This document shows positions 53,945 through 64,000 of a DNA stretch of 64,000 nucleotides, in pieces (the stretch's first letter is position 1; each line of letters opens with the position of its first letter). The DNA is from Deferribacterales bacterium (GTDB taxonomy: Bacteria; Chrysiogenota; Deferribacteres; Deferribacterales; Geovibrionaceae), in contig JBFWLW010000002.1 of NCBI GenBank assembly GCA_050251945.1, positions 96,001-160,000 on the forward strand, given 5' to 3'. Below the pieces are notes generated by a model. It was not told the origin of the DNA, ran no database searches, and saw only the letters and a program-made list of their open reading frames with translations. The translations under genes were made by a program, and so were the position numbers.

Positions 53945-56067
53945 AATGGCCTCAGAAATCCTATACGAATCTTTTTGAGTCCGCCGGCACCTTTAAAAAA
54001 GACGTCGGCATTTGCTGTGTCCCCCGCTCCCGATATGGCGACCACCATTCCTTCACCGAATTTTTCGTGAAAGACCTTGCCGCCGCTTTTGATTCCGTTA
54101 ACCTCTTTCGCCGCCGCAGAGGCTTTGCGTTCATTTTTAATGTAATTCGGAACGGCTTTTTTGGGAGCGGACGCCTTCATTCCAACTATGCCCATCTCGT
54201 CCAGAAAAGTTGAACGGCGCTGGGGCATGCGGTTTCCGTATACCATTCTTGTGGCGGCGTATGTCATATGCAGATTCTGCTTTGCGCGGGTTACGCCCAC
54301 ATAACAGAGCCTGCGCTCCTCCTCAAGCTGTGCCGGATCGTCCAGACTGCCCTGAAGAGGAAAAAGACCGTTCTCCAGTCCGGTCAGAAATACGCTTTCA
54401 AACTCAAGTCCCTTTGCGGAGTGGATGGTCATCAGCTTAACGGCGGGCGCGGTATCAGACTCATCAACGGAGGTCGTGATAGCCGTCGCCGCAAGGAAAT
54501 CGGATATGGTTCCGTCGGTCAGTGCCTGTTCAAACATCACTGCCGCGTTGTAAAGTTCGTTTATGTTTTCTATACGTTTTTCGGCTTCGTGTTCATCTTC
54601 ATATCTTTTAATGAACGCCTCATAGTCGGTCATGGTAATTACCAGCTTAACCATATCGCTGATCTTCGGAGTAACTGAAAGTTCCTCGAAAATCATCAGA
54701 TAAGGTTCCATACCCCTTCTCTGTGCGCCGCGCATCTGCGGCAGAAATCTTTTTGAAGCCTCTATAAGATTTATGCCCTCTTCGGTGGCATAAGCGGTTA
54801 TTCCGTCCACCGCTGTCTCGCCGACCCCTCTGGGCGGCGACTTCAGGCTTCTGGTGAAGGACACCGAATCATAAGGGTTATCGTAAAGCCTCAGATAACT
54901 GAGGATATCTTTAATCTCTTTGCGCTGATAGAAACTTATACCGCCGACTACTTTGTATGACAGGTTTAATCTGTTAAGAAAAACTTCAAAGTTACGGGAC
55001 TGGGCGTTTGTTCTGTAAAGAACTGCTATTTCGTCCGCAGGAACCCCTTTGTCGATATATTCCTGAATGTTGCTTACGACAAATTCCGCTTCAGACGTTT
55101 CGTTTGACACAGGCATAACCTGCACCATGCCGCCTTCTTCCCTGAACGCTTTCAGGTCTTTACCCTTGCGCATACTGTTGTTGCGGATAAGCTCGTTTGC
55201 CGCGGTCAGAATGACGGGGCGGCTTCTGTAGTTCTCCACAAGACGCACTATTTTTGCGGCGGGATAAACTGTGTCGAACTCAAGTATGTTGCGGATATCG
55301 GCACCGCGCCAGCCGTATATGGACTGGTCGTCGTCGCCCACCACGCATATGTTGCCGTCCGCACCGGAAAGGATGTTCAGAAACATGAACTGGATGTCGT
55401 TCGTATCCTGATACTCATCCACAAGAATATATTTAAACATATTCCTGTAATACTGGGCAATGTCCGGATTCTCTCTGAACGTGCGGATGGTAAGAGCCAG
55501 CATGTCGTCGAAATCTATAAAATTCTGTTCTTTAAGTTTCTGCTGATAGACCCTGAACACGTCGTCCATCATATGAAACGGGTCTGTCCCCGGTCTGAGG
55601 TTGTCAACGTAGGCGCGGGTGTTCTTAAAGTTGCTGATGCGCCACATGTACTGTTTCGGCGGATATTTTTTGACGTCGATATTAAAGCCTTTCACTATAT
55701 CGCGGACAACGGAAAGCCTGTCGTCCTGATCCAGAATACCGAATCCGGCGCCAAGACCTATGAGATGTCCGTCCCTGCGCAGAAGGCGCAGACAGATGGA
55801 GTGGAAAGTACCTATCCATATATCGGAATCTCTTCTGTCAACCAGTTTCAGGATACGCTCTTTCATCTCGCCCGCCGCCTTGTTTGTGAAGGTGACGGCA
55901 AGTATGTTCTGGGGAGCGACACCGAGATTATTTATAAGGTGCGCGATGCGGTAGGTAATAACCCTTGTTTTTCCTGTGCCGGCTCCGGCAAGTACCAGTA
56001 AGGGTCCTTCGGTCTGCTCCACCGCCGCATACTGTTCCGTATTAAGTTCTTTTGAATAGTCAGGCAT
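53941..56067 (-). CDS. pcrA: UvrD/PcrA DNA helicase
   Basis: AGAGTGKT, DEYQD, GDDDQSIYGWRGA, TIHSAKGLEF, EERRLCYVGVTRA. Confidence 0.95.
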   Translation of the reverse strand: MPDYSKELNTEQYAAVEQTEGPLLVLAGAGTGKTRVITYRIAHLINNLGVAPQNILAVTFTNKAAGEMKERILKLVDRRDSDIWIGTFHSICLRLLRRDGHLIGLGAGFGILDQDDRLSVVRDIVKGFNIDVKKYPPKQYMWRISNFKNTRAYVDNLRPGTDPFHMMDDVFRVYQQKLKEQNFIDFDDMLALTIRTFRENPDIAQYYRNMFKYILVDEYQDTNDIQFMFLNILSGADGNICVVGDDDQSIYGWRGADIRNILEFDTVYPAAKIVRLVENYRSRPVILTAANELIRNNSMRKGKDLKAFREEGGMVQVMPVSNETSEAEFVVSNIQEYIDKGVPADEIAVLYRTNAQSRNFEVFLNRLNLSYKVVGGISFYQRKEIKDILSYLRLYDNPYDSVSFTRSLKSPPRGVGETAVDGITAYATEEGINLIEASKRFLPQMRGAQRRGMEPYLMIFEELSVTPKISDMVKLVITMTDYEAFIKRYEDEHEAEKRIENINELYNAAVMFEQALTDGTISDFLAATAITTSVDESDTAPAVKLMTIHSAKGLEFESVFLTGLENGLFPLQGSLDDPAQLEEERRLCYVGVTRAKQNLHMTYAATRMVYGNRMPQRRSTFLDEMGIVGMKASAPKKAVPNYIKNERKASAAAKEVNGIKSGGKVFHEKFGEGMVVAISGAGDTANADVFFKGAGGLKKIRIGFLRPL

Positions 56068-56090
56068 GTATATCCTCAGAGGATTAATGT

Positions 56091-56162
56091 AAATCCCCCT
56101 TAATCCCCCTTTTTCAAAGGGGGAACACCTCCCTTTATAAAAGGGAGGTCGGGAGGGATTTT
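56091..56162. repeat. Branched palindromic intergenic repeat
   Basis: AAATCCC/GGGATTT enclosing the hairpins TCCCCCTTT/AAAGGGGGA and ACCTCCCTTT/AAAGGGAGGT. Confidence 0.65.
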
Positions 56163-56178
56163 ATCTGAAATTTGTTAA

Positions 56179-56715
56179 TCAATATCCTTTTGCCCTGAAA
56201 ACGCCGTATGCCGAAAGAGGTATGCTGTGAGCTATCCTTCCGTCAGCTATCATGGCATCCAGTTCCTGTCTTGTCACCTCAACAGGCTCTATGTCCTCGA
56301 AGGGGTCAAGGTTCAGTTCCTTCACCTTTTCGCAGTCACTGGCAACATAAGCATAGCAGAAATTATCCATAAAAGCAGGATTAGGGCGCATCTTTGACAA
56401 AAGCGTCAGACTGCCGGCAAATCCCGTCTCCTCCGTCAGCTCGCGCAGGGCGCCTGTATCGGCATCCTCGCCCGCCTCAAGAGCACCGCCTGGGAATTCG
56501 TATGTAACCTCTCCGGTGGCTATCCGGAACTGCTTAACAAGGATGAACTTCCCCTCTTTTGTAACGGGGATGATAACAGCCCAGTCCTTCATACTGACAA
56601 CTGTGAATGTTCCGGTCTGTCCGTTCTTTGAAAAGTGATAGTCGCGATGCTCTATCTTAAGAACGACGTCTTTGAACATCTCCCGTCTGTCTTTAAGGGT
56701 CCAGTGCCGTTTCAT
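56179..56715 (-). CDS. Nudix hydrolase (ADP-ribose pyrophosphatase-like)
   Basis: Nudix box GGALEAGEDADTGALRELTEETG. Confidence 0.92.
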   Translation of the reverse strand: MKRHWTLKDRREMFKDVVLKIEHRDYHFSKNGQTGTFTVVSMKDWAVIIPVTKEGKFILVKQFRIATGEVTYEFPGGALEAGEDADTGALRELTEETGFAGSLTLLSKMRPNPAFMDNFCYAYVASDCEKVKELNLDPFEDIEPVEVTRQELDAMIADGRIAHSIPLSAYGVFRAKGY

Positions 56716-56716
56716 A

Positions 56717-57046
56717 TCAGAGGATAAGTCCGCTGTCGGATGAACCGCCGCCGAAACCGCCGAGGTTTCCTGCTATTTTGATGTTTGATTTTGTTTCAAT
56801 GTATTTGTTCGCAAGGTCTGCGGGAGTTTCTTTATATTCGTAGACAACATGGTCAAGCCTGATGCTGCCGCGCACTTCGTCTTCAAAGGGAAAACCGAAA
56901 GGTACGATGGCGATCTGAAGCGAACCCGTGTGCGTGGGCATTGCCTGAACAAGAACGACGTCTTTGCAAACGCCTTCGGCTTCGTCTTTGATACCTATTA
57001 TGGTCTCGCCTGAAACCAGTTTTGCAAACATTATATTTTCAACCAT
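56717..57046 (-). CDS. Hypothetical protein, possibly Sm-like fold
   Basis: SD AAGGAG; abuts the Nudix gene. Confidence 0.8.
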   Translation of the reverse strand: MVENIMFAKLVSGETIIGIKDEAEGVCKDVVLVQAMPTHTGSLQIAIVPFGFPFEDEVRGSIRLDHVVYEYKETPADLANKYIETKSNIKIAGNLGGFGGGSSDSGLIL

Positions 57047-57239
57047 TGCTATTCTCCTTTTCTGCCTTTCAAATGGATAAATACTGTATCACATCAAAAA
57101 AAAATATTCAGCATAAAATATCTCAAGACACTGGAAAATATAATAAAAAGCCTTATATTTTATGAAAATGGTTTTCAATAGGCGGACATGGACTTTTTCT
57201 TATTGACAATAGCCTGCTTACACCTTATTAAAGCCTTAG

Positions 57240-57428
<189 letters not shown>

Positions 57429-57455
57429 TTAACGGCAAACTACGAATTTTCATAT

Positions 57456-57483
57456 AGCCCTGTATAACGCAGGGCTTTATTTT
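57456..57483 (+). terminator. Intrinsic terminator after the ferredoxin
   Basis: AGCCCTG/CAGGGCT followed by TTATTTT. Confidence 0.7.
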
Positions 57484-57512
57484 AAATATAATTACTACAA
57501 GGTAGCTAGGAT

Positions 57513-58178
57513 ATGGGAATAATAGGAACGGTCAAAGAAGAGATACAAACTGTTTTTGAACGCGACCCCGCGGCAAAGAGCAAGATAGAGATACTGCTCT
57601 GCTACCCCGGGCTTCATGCCATGATATTTTTCAGGGCGGCGCACTGGTTCTGGGTGCGCAAAATGTTTCTCATAGGAAGGATATTATCACACACCGGAAG
57701 ATTTTTCACCGGAATTGAGATACATCCCGGCGCAACCATAGGAAAAAGATTTTTCATAGACCACGGCATGGGCGTTGTGATAGGCGAAACAGCAGAAGTC
57801 GGCAACGACGTAACAATATATCAGGGTGTGACACTCGGCGGGGTCAGCCTTGAAAAAAAGAAACGCCACCCCACCGTCGAAGACAACGTTGTCATAGGTT
57901 CAGGTGCAAAGATTCTCGGTTCGTTCACAGTTCATAAGAACGCGAAGATAGGCTCAAACTCCGTTGTTGTTAAGGAGGTTCCCGAAGACGCGACAGTCGT
58001 CGGCATCCCGGGCAAAATAGTCACCAACGGAAAGGATCATTCCGCAAAGTTCGACCATAACCTTCTGCCTGACCCGGTGGCAAGGACCATAACAGACATG
58101 GCGACAAGAATGTGCCACATGGAATCCGAGATTAACAATCTCAAAAAAAAGCTGGAACTGTATGAAAATAACGACTAA
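57513..58178 (+). CDS. cysE: Serine O-acetyltransferase
   Basis: [31 protein letters not shown]. Confidence 0.97.
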   Translation: MGIIGTVKEEIQTVFERDPAAKSKIEILLCYPGLHAMIFFRAAHWFWVRKMFLIGRILSHTGRFFTGIEIHPGATIGKRFFIDHGMGVVIGETAEVGNDVTIYQGVTLGGVSLEKKKRHPTVEDNVVIGSGAKILGSFTVHKNAKIGSNSVVVKEVPEDATVVGIPGKIVTNGKDHSAKFDHNLLPDPVARTITDMATRMCHMESEINNLKKKLELYENND

Positions 58179-58593
58179 AAGCAGGTATGCCATCCGCTCC
58201 ATATTTGCGCTGGTACTGCTCGGCGGTGACGAAAAACCAGTCACGCTGACACAGATAGCCGAACACGAGGACATCTCGCGCAAATATCTGGAACAGATAT
58301 TCATAAAGCTCAAAAAGAGCGGTATCGTGGAAGGCTCAAGGGGCGCACAGGGAGGATATATCCTCGCGAAACCGGCTAAGATGATCACTCTCAAGGAGGT
58401 CATATACGCCATGGACGGCCCCGTTTCGGTATCCGACTGCACAAACGAAAGCTTATGCTGTAATTTCGACAGCTGCGGCATAAACTGGCTTTGGAGCGGG
58501 CTGAAAAAAACTGTGGACAATTACCTTGAGAATATTACTATATATGACCTAAAGAGACAGGCAATAGGAGGGAATAATGTCAATTTATCTTGA
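58162..58593 (+). CDS. Rrf2 family regulator (IscR-like, Cys-bearing)
   Basis: [30 protein letters not shown]. Confidence 0.92.
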   Translation: MKITTKSRYAIRSIFALVLLGGDEKPVTLTQIAEHEDISRKYLEQIFIKLKKSGIVEGSRGAQGGYILAKPAKMITLKEVIYAMDGPVSVSDCTNESLCCNFDSCGINWLWSGLKKTVDNYLENITIYDLKRQAIGGNNVNLS

Positions 58594-59731
58594 CTACAGC
58601 GCAACCACGCCGATAGACCCGCGGGTCTTTGAAGCGATGATCCCATATTTCAAAGAAAAATTCGCCAACCCTTCCAGTATCCATTCGCTCGGACGTGTCG
58701 TCCGCGAGGATGTGGACAAAGCCCGCGCCACAATAGCAAGATCCATCGGCGCGGAACCCCATGAAATAATCTTCACCGCCAGCGGCTCCTCTTCGGACAA
58801 CATGGCGATAAGAAGCATTGCGGAGAAATTCGCAGACAGGGGCAAGCACATTATCACATGCGCGATAGAGCACAAAGCGGTTCTGCAAACCTGCAAATAT
58901 CTGGAGAAACACGGATATGAAGTGACCTATCTTCCTGTGGATAAGGATGGTTTGGTGAGTGTAGAGGATTTTAAAAGCGCCATCAGACGCGACACTATCC
59001 TCGTTTCCATTATGCTTGTGAACAACGAGATAGGCTCCGTTCAGCCCATCCGCGAGATATCCGAAATCGCTAAAAAACACCAGATTTTCGTTCACACCGA
59101 CGCCGTTCAGGCTATGGGCAAGATGAAAATAGACGTCGGCGAGCTCGGAGTTGACCTGCTCACCTTTTCCGGACACAAAATATGCGCGCCTAAAGGCATA
59201 GGCGTTCTTTATGTCGACGAAAACCTGAAAGACGACATGATCCCTCTTGTTTTCGGCGGAAGTCAGGAATTCGGACTGAGAGCAGGCACAGAAAACGTGC
59301 CTAATATCATCGGTCTGGCAAAAGCCTGTGAAATAGTTACTGAGGAACTTGACGAAGAAGTCGCACGCATCAGACATCTGCGCGACCTTTTTGAAAACAG
59401 AATACTCAGCGAGATTCCCCAGACATATGTGAACGGCAGCAGAGAAAAAAGAGTTTGCAGCGTTTCAAACATCGCTTTTAAATTCATTGAGGCGGAAGCG
59501 CTCATGATATACGCAGACGAAATATGCTGTTCCACAGGAAGCGCATGTACGTCTGAAAGCGTGGACGCATCCCACGTTCTTTATGCCATCGGTGTCGACC
59601 CCGTCGACCTCCACGGCTCCATCCGTTTTAGCTTCGGCAGATTCAACACCGAAGAAGAGGTTAACCGTGCGGTGGACATGATAAAGGACAGCGTGGTCAG
59701 ACTGCGCGCCATGTCTCCCCTTGCTCAATAA
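58577..59731 (+). CDS. iscS: Cysteine desulfurase (IscS/NifS)
   Basis: [27 protein letters not shown]. Confidence 0.92.
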   Translation: MSIYLDYSATTPIDPRVFEAMIPYFKEKFANPSSIHSLGRVVREDVDKARATIARSIGAEPHEIIFTASGSSSDNMAIRSIAEKFADRGKHIITCAIEHKAVLQTCKYLEKHGYEVTYLPVDKDGLVSVEDFKSAIRRDTILVSIMLVNNEIGSVQPIREISEIAKKHQIFVHTDAVQAMGKMKIDVGELGVDLLTFSGHKICAPKGIGVLYVDENLKDDMIPLVFGGSQEFGLRAGTENVPNIIGLAKACEIVTEELDEEVARIRHLRDLFENRILSEIPQTYVNGSREKRVCSVSNIAFKFIEAEALMIYADEICCSTGSACTSESVDASHVLYAIGVDPVDLHGSIRFSFGRFNTEEEVNRAVDMIKDSVVRLRAMSPLAQ

Positions 59732-60902
59732 CGATTCAACAGATAAAGCGGCGGCGCGGGACAGATACCTGATACCCGTGCTTGCCGCGTATTATTTCCT
59801 TCACTACAGCACACTGGGGATAATATATCCCTACTTCGGATTCTATTTCAAACAGATGGGTTACACAGGAACGGAAATTGGAATCTTCCTGTCCATTCTT
59901 CCTGTTGTCTCTTTCACCTGCACAAGCCTCTGGGCGGATATCTTTACACGGGTAAAACGGCGCAAGCTCTTCATGGTGACAGGCATTCTCGTTTCCTCCT
60001 TTGCACTGGTACCGATATACTATATACACAGCAAACCTTTGACAGCAGTCCTGCTGGCGGTTTTCGCATTTGCCCGCACAGGGATTCTTCCGGTCATTGA
60101 CAGCTTCGCGTCATCCCTTAACGACCGTATGCCCTACGGCAGGGTACGCATCTTCGGCTCGGCAGGTTTCATACTCACCTCAACGGCAACAGGCTGGTTC
60201 TTCGACAGCTTCGGAGTCAGCTCTTTCATATTGCTTTACACTTTTTTCAGTCTGCTTTCCGCAATCCCGGCTATAATGGCGGATTACGACACCAGCCTTT
60301 TCAAACCGCGGGAAAAGAGTGAAAAACGCCTCAGCAGGGAGTTAAAAATTTTCTTTGCAGGTGTGACCATCTATCTGTCGTCATACGCTTTCTTAAGCAA
60401 TTTTTTCAACATAAAGGTCGCAGAAGCGGGATTCGGACAGACATACGCGGGATACATGTGGACGGTGGGCGTTCTTGCGGAAATGTTTTTCATGTACAAT
60501 CAGGAACGGGTACTGAAAGTTATGCGCGTGGAATACATCATGATAATCTCAATGCTTCTGGGCAGTGTACGCTATTTCGCCACTGCAATGACCGGTTCGC
60601 TTTTTCTTCTGTTCTTTTTCTCCGCTTTCCACGGGTTCGCCTACGGAACTTTCCACATAAGTATAATGAAATTTTTCCGCACAAAACTGCCGGAAGGTCT
60701 CAGGCTTAAAGCGCAGACAATCTACTCAGGCGTGGGCTACGGGCTGGGAACCGTGGCGGGGTCGTTCATCTCCGGCATGGTTTATGACCATATGGGACTG
60801 AAACCTGTTTTCTTCACTGCATTTTTCTTTTGTATAGCCGGTGCATCTGTAATATATTGGTACATGGGCATAGAGGAGAGAAATGGCAGCAAACAAGGTT
60901 GA
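59721..60902 (+). CDS. MFS transporter
   Basis: ~12 hydrophobic segments; YGRVRIFGSAGF; start uncertain. Confidence 0.85.
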   Translation: MLNNDSTDKAAARDRYLIPVLAAYYFLHYSTLGIIYPYFGFYFKQMGYTGTEIGIFLSILPVVSFTCTSLWADIFTRVKRRKLFMVTGILVSSFALVPIYYIHSKPLTAVLLAVFAFARTGILPVIDSFASSLNDRMPYGRVRIFGSAGFILTSTATGWFFDSFGVSSFILLYTFFSLLSAIPAIMADYDTSLFKPREKSEKRLSRELKIFFAGVTIYLSSYAFLSNFFNIKVAEAGFGQTYAGYMWTVGVLAEMFFMYNQERVLKVMRVEYIMIISMLLGSVRYFATAMTGSLFLLFFFSAFHGFAYGTFHISIMKFFRTKLPEGLRLKAQTIYSGVGYGLGTVAGSFISGMVYDHMGLKPVFFTAFFFCIAGASVIYWYMGIEERNGSKQG

Positions 60903-61140
60903 TACGCTCCTTGCGGAGCTTGAAGCACTGGCACAGCAGTTGGACATTCGGCTGCGATACGAATCCACGCGGGCAAAGGGCGGACTCTGTCAGGTTGACG
61001 GGAAATTTCAGTTCATTCTGGACAGAAAGGCGTCGAAGGACTTTCGTCTGCTCATTCTGGCGCGCGCCATAAAAACATTCGACCTTTCAAACATGTACAT
61101 CAGCCCGAAACTGCGGGAGTATCTCGATGAAGAGGTCTGA
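60883..61140 (+). CDS. Conserved hypothetical protein
   Basis: LRYE...KGGLCQVDG; overlaps neighbours within the operon. Confidence 0.78.
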   Translation: MAANKVDTLLAELEALAQQLDIRLRYESTRAKGGLCQVDGKFQFILDRKASKDFRLLILARAIKTFDLSNMYISPKLREYLDEEV

Positions 61141-61786
61141 TATAAAAGCGGTATACGATCTCCTTGAAAAAGCGTATATCCAAATGGATGAGCCGTCCGT
61201 AACAAAAATATCCAAACAGACAAAGCGCGACCCGTTCAGGGTTCTGGTGAGCTGCCTCATCAGCTTGCGCACAAAGGACGAAGTTACGCTGGCTTCATCC
61301 GAAAAACTTTTCGCAAAAGCGGATAATCCCGCCGATATGCTTAAACTCTCCGAAGAGGAAATAGAAAAACTGATATATCCGGCAGGATTTTACAAAACAA
61401 AAGCGAAAACGATTATAAATATCTGTCATATACTGATAAATGAGTTCAATTCACAGGTGCCTGACAACATAGACACCCTTGTCACACTGAAAGGGGTGGG
61501 CAGAAAGACCGCAAATCTTGTAATCGTAGAGGGTTACGGCGAACCGGCAGTGTGTGTTGATACTCATGTTCACCGCATATTTAACCGATTAGGATATGTG
61601 AAGACGAAAACGCCCGAAAAAACGGAAACCGAACTGCGCAAATATCTCCCTGAAGAGTATTGGATACGCATCAACGAGATACTTGTTGCCTACGGACGGG
61701 AGATATGCAGACCCGTGTCGCCCCGTTGTTCCGCTTGCGGGCTTGACAGCTTTTGTGATAAGAACGGCGTAACAACTCGGAGGTAG
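61127..61786 (+). CDS. nth: Endonuclease III
   Basis: LKGVGRKTAN, VDTHVHR, Fe-S motif CRPVSPRCSACGLDSFC. Confidence 0.95.
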   Translation: MKRSDIKAVYDLLEKAYIQMDEPSVTKISKQTKRDPFRVLVSCLISLRTKDEVTLASSEKLFAKADNPADMLKLSEEEIEKLIYPAGFYKTKAKTIINICHILINEFNSQVPDNIDTLVTLKGVGRKTANLVIVEGYGEPAVCVDTHVHRIFNRLGYVKTKTPEKTETELRKYLPEEYWIRINEILVAYGREICRPVSPRCSACGLDSFCDKNGVTTRR

Positions 61787-61787
61787 T

Positions 61788-62246
61788 ATGCGTCAGCACA
61801 ACATTGACGAAACAGACAAGCTGATACTGAACATGCTGGTGAAGAACGCCAGAACGTCTTATGCGGACATCGCAAAAGCAGCGGATATGAAATCGCCGTC
61901 CGTAATAGACAGAATAAAAAGACTGGAAACTCTCGGAATAGTAAGAAATTATACCGTCGACATCGACTATAAACAGCTCGGCTATGACGTTATCGCCTTC
62001 ATCGGCATATCCATAGACAACGCAAAGCACATCGACGATTTTGAGATAACCATACAGAATCTGGACGAGGACATTCTCGGCTGTCACCATGTCACCGGCG
62101 ACTTCACCTTCCTTCTGCACGTGGTGACAAAAAACACGGATTCCCTTTCCCGCCTCATCAAAAAGATACGCAACGTTCAGGGAGTGGACAAGACAAATAC
62201 AATTCTGGTGTTCTCCACCAAACTCGATAAAAAGAGACCCGTATGA
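61788..62246 (+). CDS. Lrp/AsnC family regulator
   Basis: DETDKLIL...NARTSYADIA...RIKRLE, HHVTGDF. Confidence 0.93.
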   Translation: MRQHNIDETDKLILNMLVKNARTSYADIAKAADMKSPSVIDRIKRLETLGIVRNYTVDIDYKQLGYDVIAFIGISIDNAKHIDDFEITIQNLDEDILGCHHVTGDFTFLLHVVTKNTDSLSRLIKKIRNVQGVDKTNTILVFSTKLDKKRPV

Positions 62247-63007
62247 GATTCAGCGTCGTCATCCCCGTTTACAACAGAACAGACACACTCCGCACGGCGA
62301 TCGAGTCCGTTCTGTGTCAGACGTTTAAAGACTATGAGATAATAGTTGTGGATGACGGTTCCGACCTCTCGGTTGCGCAAAGCCTTAGACCTTACATGGG
62401 GCTGATAAACTACATCAGACACGACAAAAATAAAGGTGTAAGCGCCGCGCGCAACACCGGCATCCGCGCCGCAAAGGGAGACTACATAGCGTTTCTGGAC
62501 TCAGACGACGTGTGGCTGCCCACAAAACTGCAGAAACAGAGCGACATTTTCGACAAAGGATGGCTGTTCTGCTTCACTGACGAGTTCTGGTACAAAACCG
62601 ACAGGTTCGTAAACCAGACTGACAAGCACGCGAAATACGGCGGTCAGGTCTTTATGAAGCTTCTGGACATGTGCCGTATGAGTCCGTCGTCAACGGCTAT
62701 GCATCGCAGTGTGTTCATGTCGTGCGGTTTTTTCGACAGCAATATGCGCGTTTGCGAAGACTATGACCTCTGGCTGCGCATCTCCGCAAAACATCACATT
62801 CACTTCATTCAGGAAAAGCTCATAATCCGCAGAGCCGTAACTGACGATCAGTTAAGCAAAAATATAATGTTCATAGAATCTATCAGGCTGGTGTCACTTG
62901 CCAGACTGGTGCGGTGCAAAAAGCTGACCCTTGCTCAGAAAAAGGCTGCCATAGCCGAAATATGCAGAAAATTCGATATAGTACAGAGTGGTATAAAACG
63001 GTTTTAA
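62243..63007 (+). CDS. Glycosyltransferase family 2
   Basis: SVVIPVYN, VDDGS, AFLDSDD, EDYDLWLR. Confidence 0.93.
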   Translation: MRFSVVIPVYNRTDTLRTAIESVLCQTFKDYEIIVVDDGSDLSVAQSLRPYMGLINYIRHDKNKGVSAARNTGIRAAKGDYIAFLDSDDVWLPTKLQKQSDIFDKGWLFCFTDEFWYKTDRFVNQTDKHAKYGGQVFMKLLDMCRMSPSSTAMHRSVFMSCGFFDSNMRVCEDYDLWLRISAKHHIHFIQEKLIIRRAVTDDQLSKNIMFIESIRLVSLARLVRCKKLTLAQKKAAIAEICRKFDIVQSGIKRF

Positions 63008-63070
63008 TTCTTGCAATACAGGGGGTTTATATGTATGCTGAAATATTCACTACAATAAAAAGGCAGCCCT

Positions 63071-64000
63071 ATGAATAAATATATAATTTTAGTCCTATCA
63101 CTGTTCGCATTTGCAGCATGTGCGCCCCTTTCACCCCGTCCCGCAGGTTCCGACGATCTTTCTTCCACCACAGCAAAATCAACAAAAGTTCAGGATGAAC
63201 CCCTTTTCCTCAACCAACCAGAGGAAACTGCACCTGACGGCTTTGACAAATATAACGTTCCGGCTTTCCTTAATGACATAAACACCAGAGAACTCGTTAT
63301 TTACGATGTTCTTAAGAAACAAACCGATTTTCACCTCGACCAGAGCGATTCGGAATACGGAAAATACGACACCATACCCCTTGTTGAAGAGGACAGATTC
63401 AATTCATACGTCACACTCTTTACCAACAGATACGCCACAACATTTCAGAAATGGCTCAACCGCTCAAACCAATACATTTACATTGTCCGCGACATCTTCC
63501 GCAGAGAAGGCGTACCGGACGACCTGACATATCTGCCCTTCACCGAGAGCGGATTCAACCCGTCCATAACATCCCATGCGGGCGCATGCGGTATGTGGCA
63601 GTTCATGAAGGGAACGGGTAAGATGTACGGTCTGGACACAGACTTCTGGGTTGACGAGCGACGTGACTTTGAAAAAGCTACCAGAGCCGCCGCGCGCCAC
63701 CTGAAAGATCTTTATAACAGCCTCGGCGACTGGTATCTGGCTCTTGCCGCATACAACGCGGGTCAAGGCAAGATAAATACAGCCATAAAACGCTACGGCA
63801 CAAACGATTTCTATGAACTCGCATCCAGAGAAAAAACATATCTCAGACCCGAGACAAAGGACTACGTTCCGAAATTCCTCGCCCTGCGCTACCTTGCGCG
63901 CAACTATCAGGAGTTCGGATTTGAAACACCGAACGGTCTGCCCATGCTCTATGAAAAGGTCACTCTGTACAGCCAGTCCAACCTGTATGTAATCGCTGAC
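63071..64000 (+). CDS. mltD: MltD-like lytic transglycosylase lipoprotein, runs off window
   Basis: Manual translation MNKYIILVLSLFAFAAC...LPFTESGFNP...GMWQFM...VDERRD...DWYLALAAYNAG...ETKDYVPK. Confidence 0.88.
   Translation, partial: MNKYIILVLSLFAFAACAPLSPRPAGSDDLSSTTAKSTKVQDEPLFLNQPEETAPDGFDKYNVPAFLNDINTRELVIYDVLKKQTDFHLDQSDSEYGKYDTIPLVEEDRFNSYVTLFTNRYATTFQKWLNRSNQYIYIVRDIFRREGVPDDLTYLPFTESGFNPSITSHAGACGMWQFMKGTGKMYGLDTDFWVDERRDFEKATRAAARHLKDLYNSLGDWYLALAAYNAGQGKINTAIKRYGTNDFYELASREKTYLRPETKDYVPKFLALRYLARNYQEFGFETPNGLPMLYEKVTLYSQSNLYVIAD

Overview
Bacterial chromosome window, probably Deferribacterota (Seleniivibrio/Geovibrio/Denitrovibrio-like). That assignment is inferred from protein style and gene order, not searched. 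Bases 1-29.5 kb are the minus-strand translation/transcription supercluster: 4 tRNAs, tuf, rpmG, tRNA-Trp, secE, nusG, rplKAJL, rpoBC, rpsL, rpsG, fusA, tuf and the S10 operon to rplP. An ~7.7 kb island splits rpoC from rpsL. It holds an FhlA/NtrC-type sigma54 activator and two OmcA/MtrC-type decaheme lipoproteins. Each cytochrome sits behind a duplicated module of palindromic enhancer sites, a -24/-12 promoter and a ~300 nt structured leader. In that leader an anti-Shine-Dalgarno loop can pair either with a decoy GGAGG hairpin loop or with the real RBS; I do not recognise this candidate RNA switch. The rest is housekeeping: ybaB-recR-rng-rlmE-larB, ribF-rimO-bamD-serS-rsmI, an ArsR-TolC-RND cassette, the mod operon, pcrA, fdx-cysE-rrf2-iscS and nth. 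Scattered through it are four copies of a MITE that duplicates the terminator hairpin it inserts into, several REP-like palindromes, and an AT-rich stand-alone TIR gene bracketed by inverted half-REPs.
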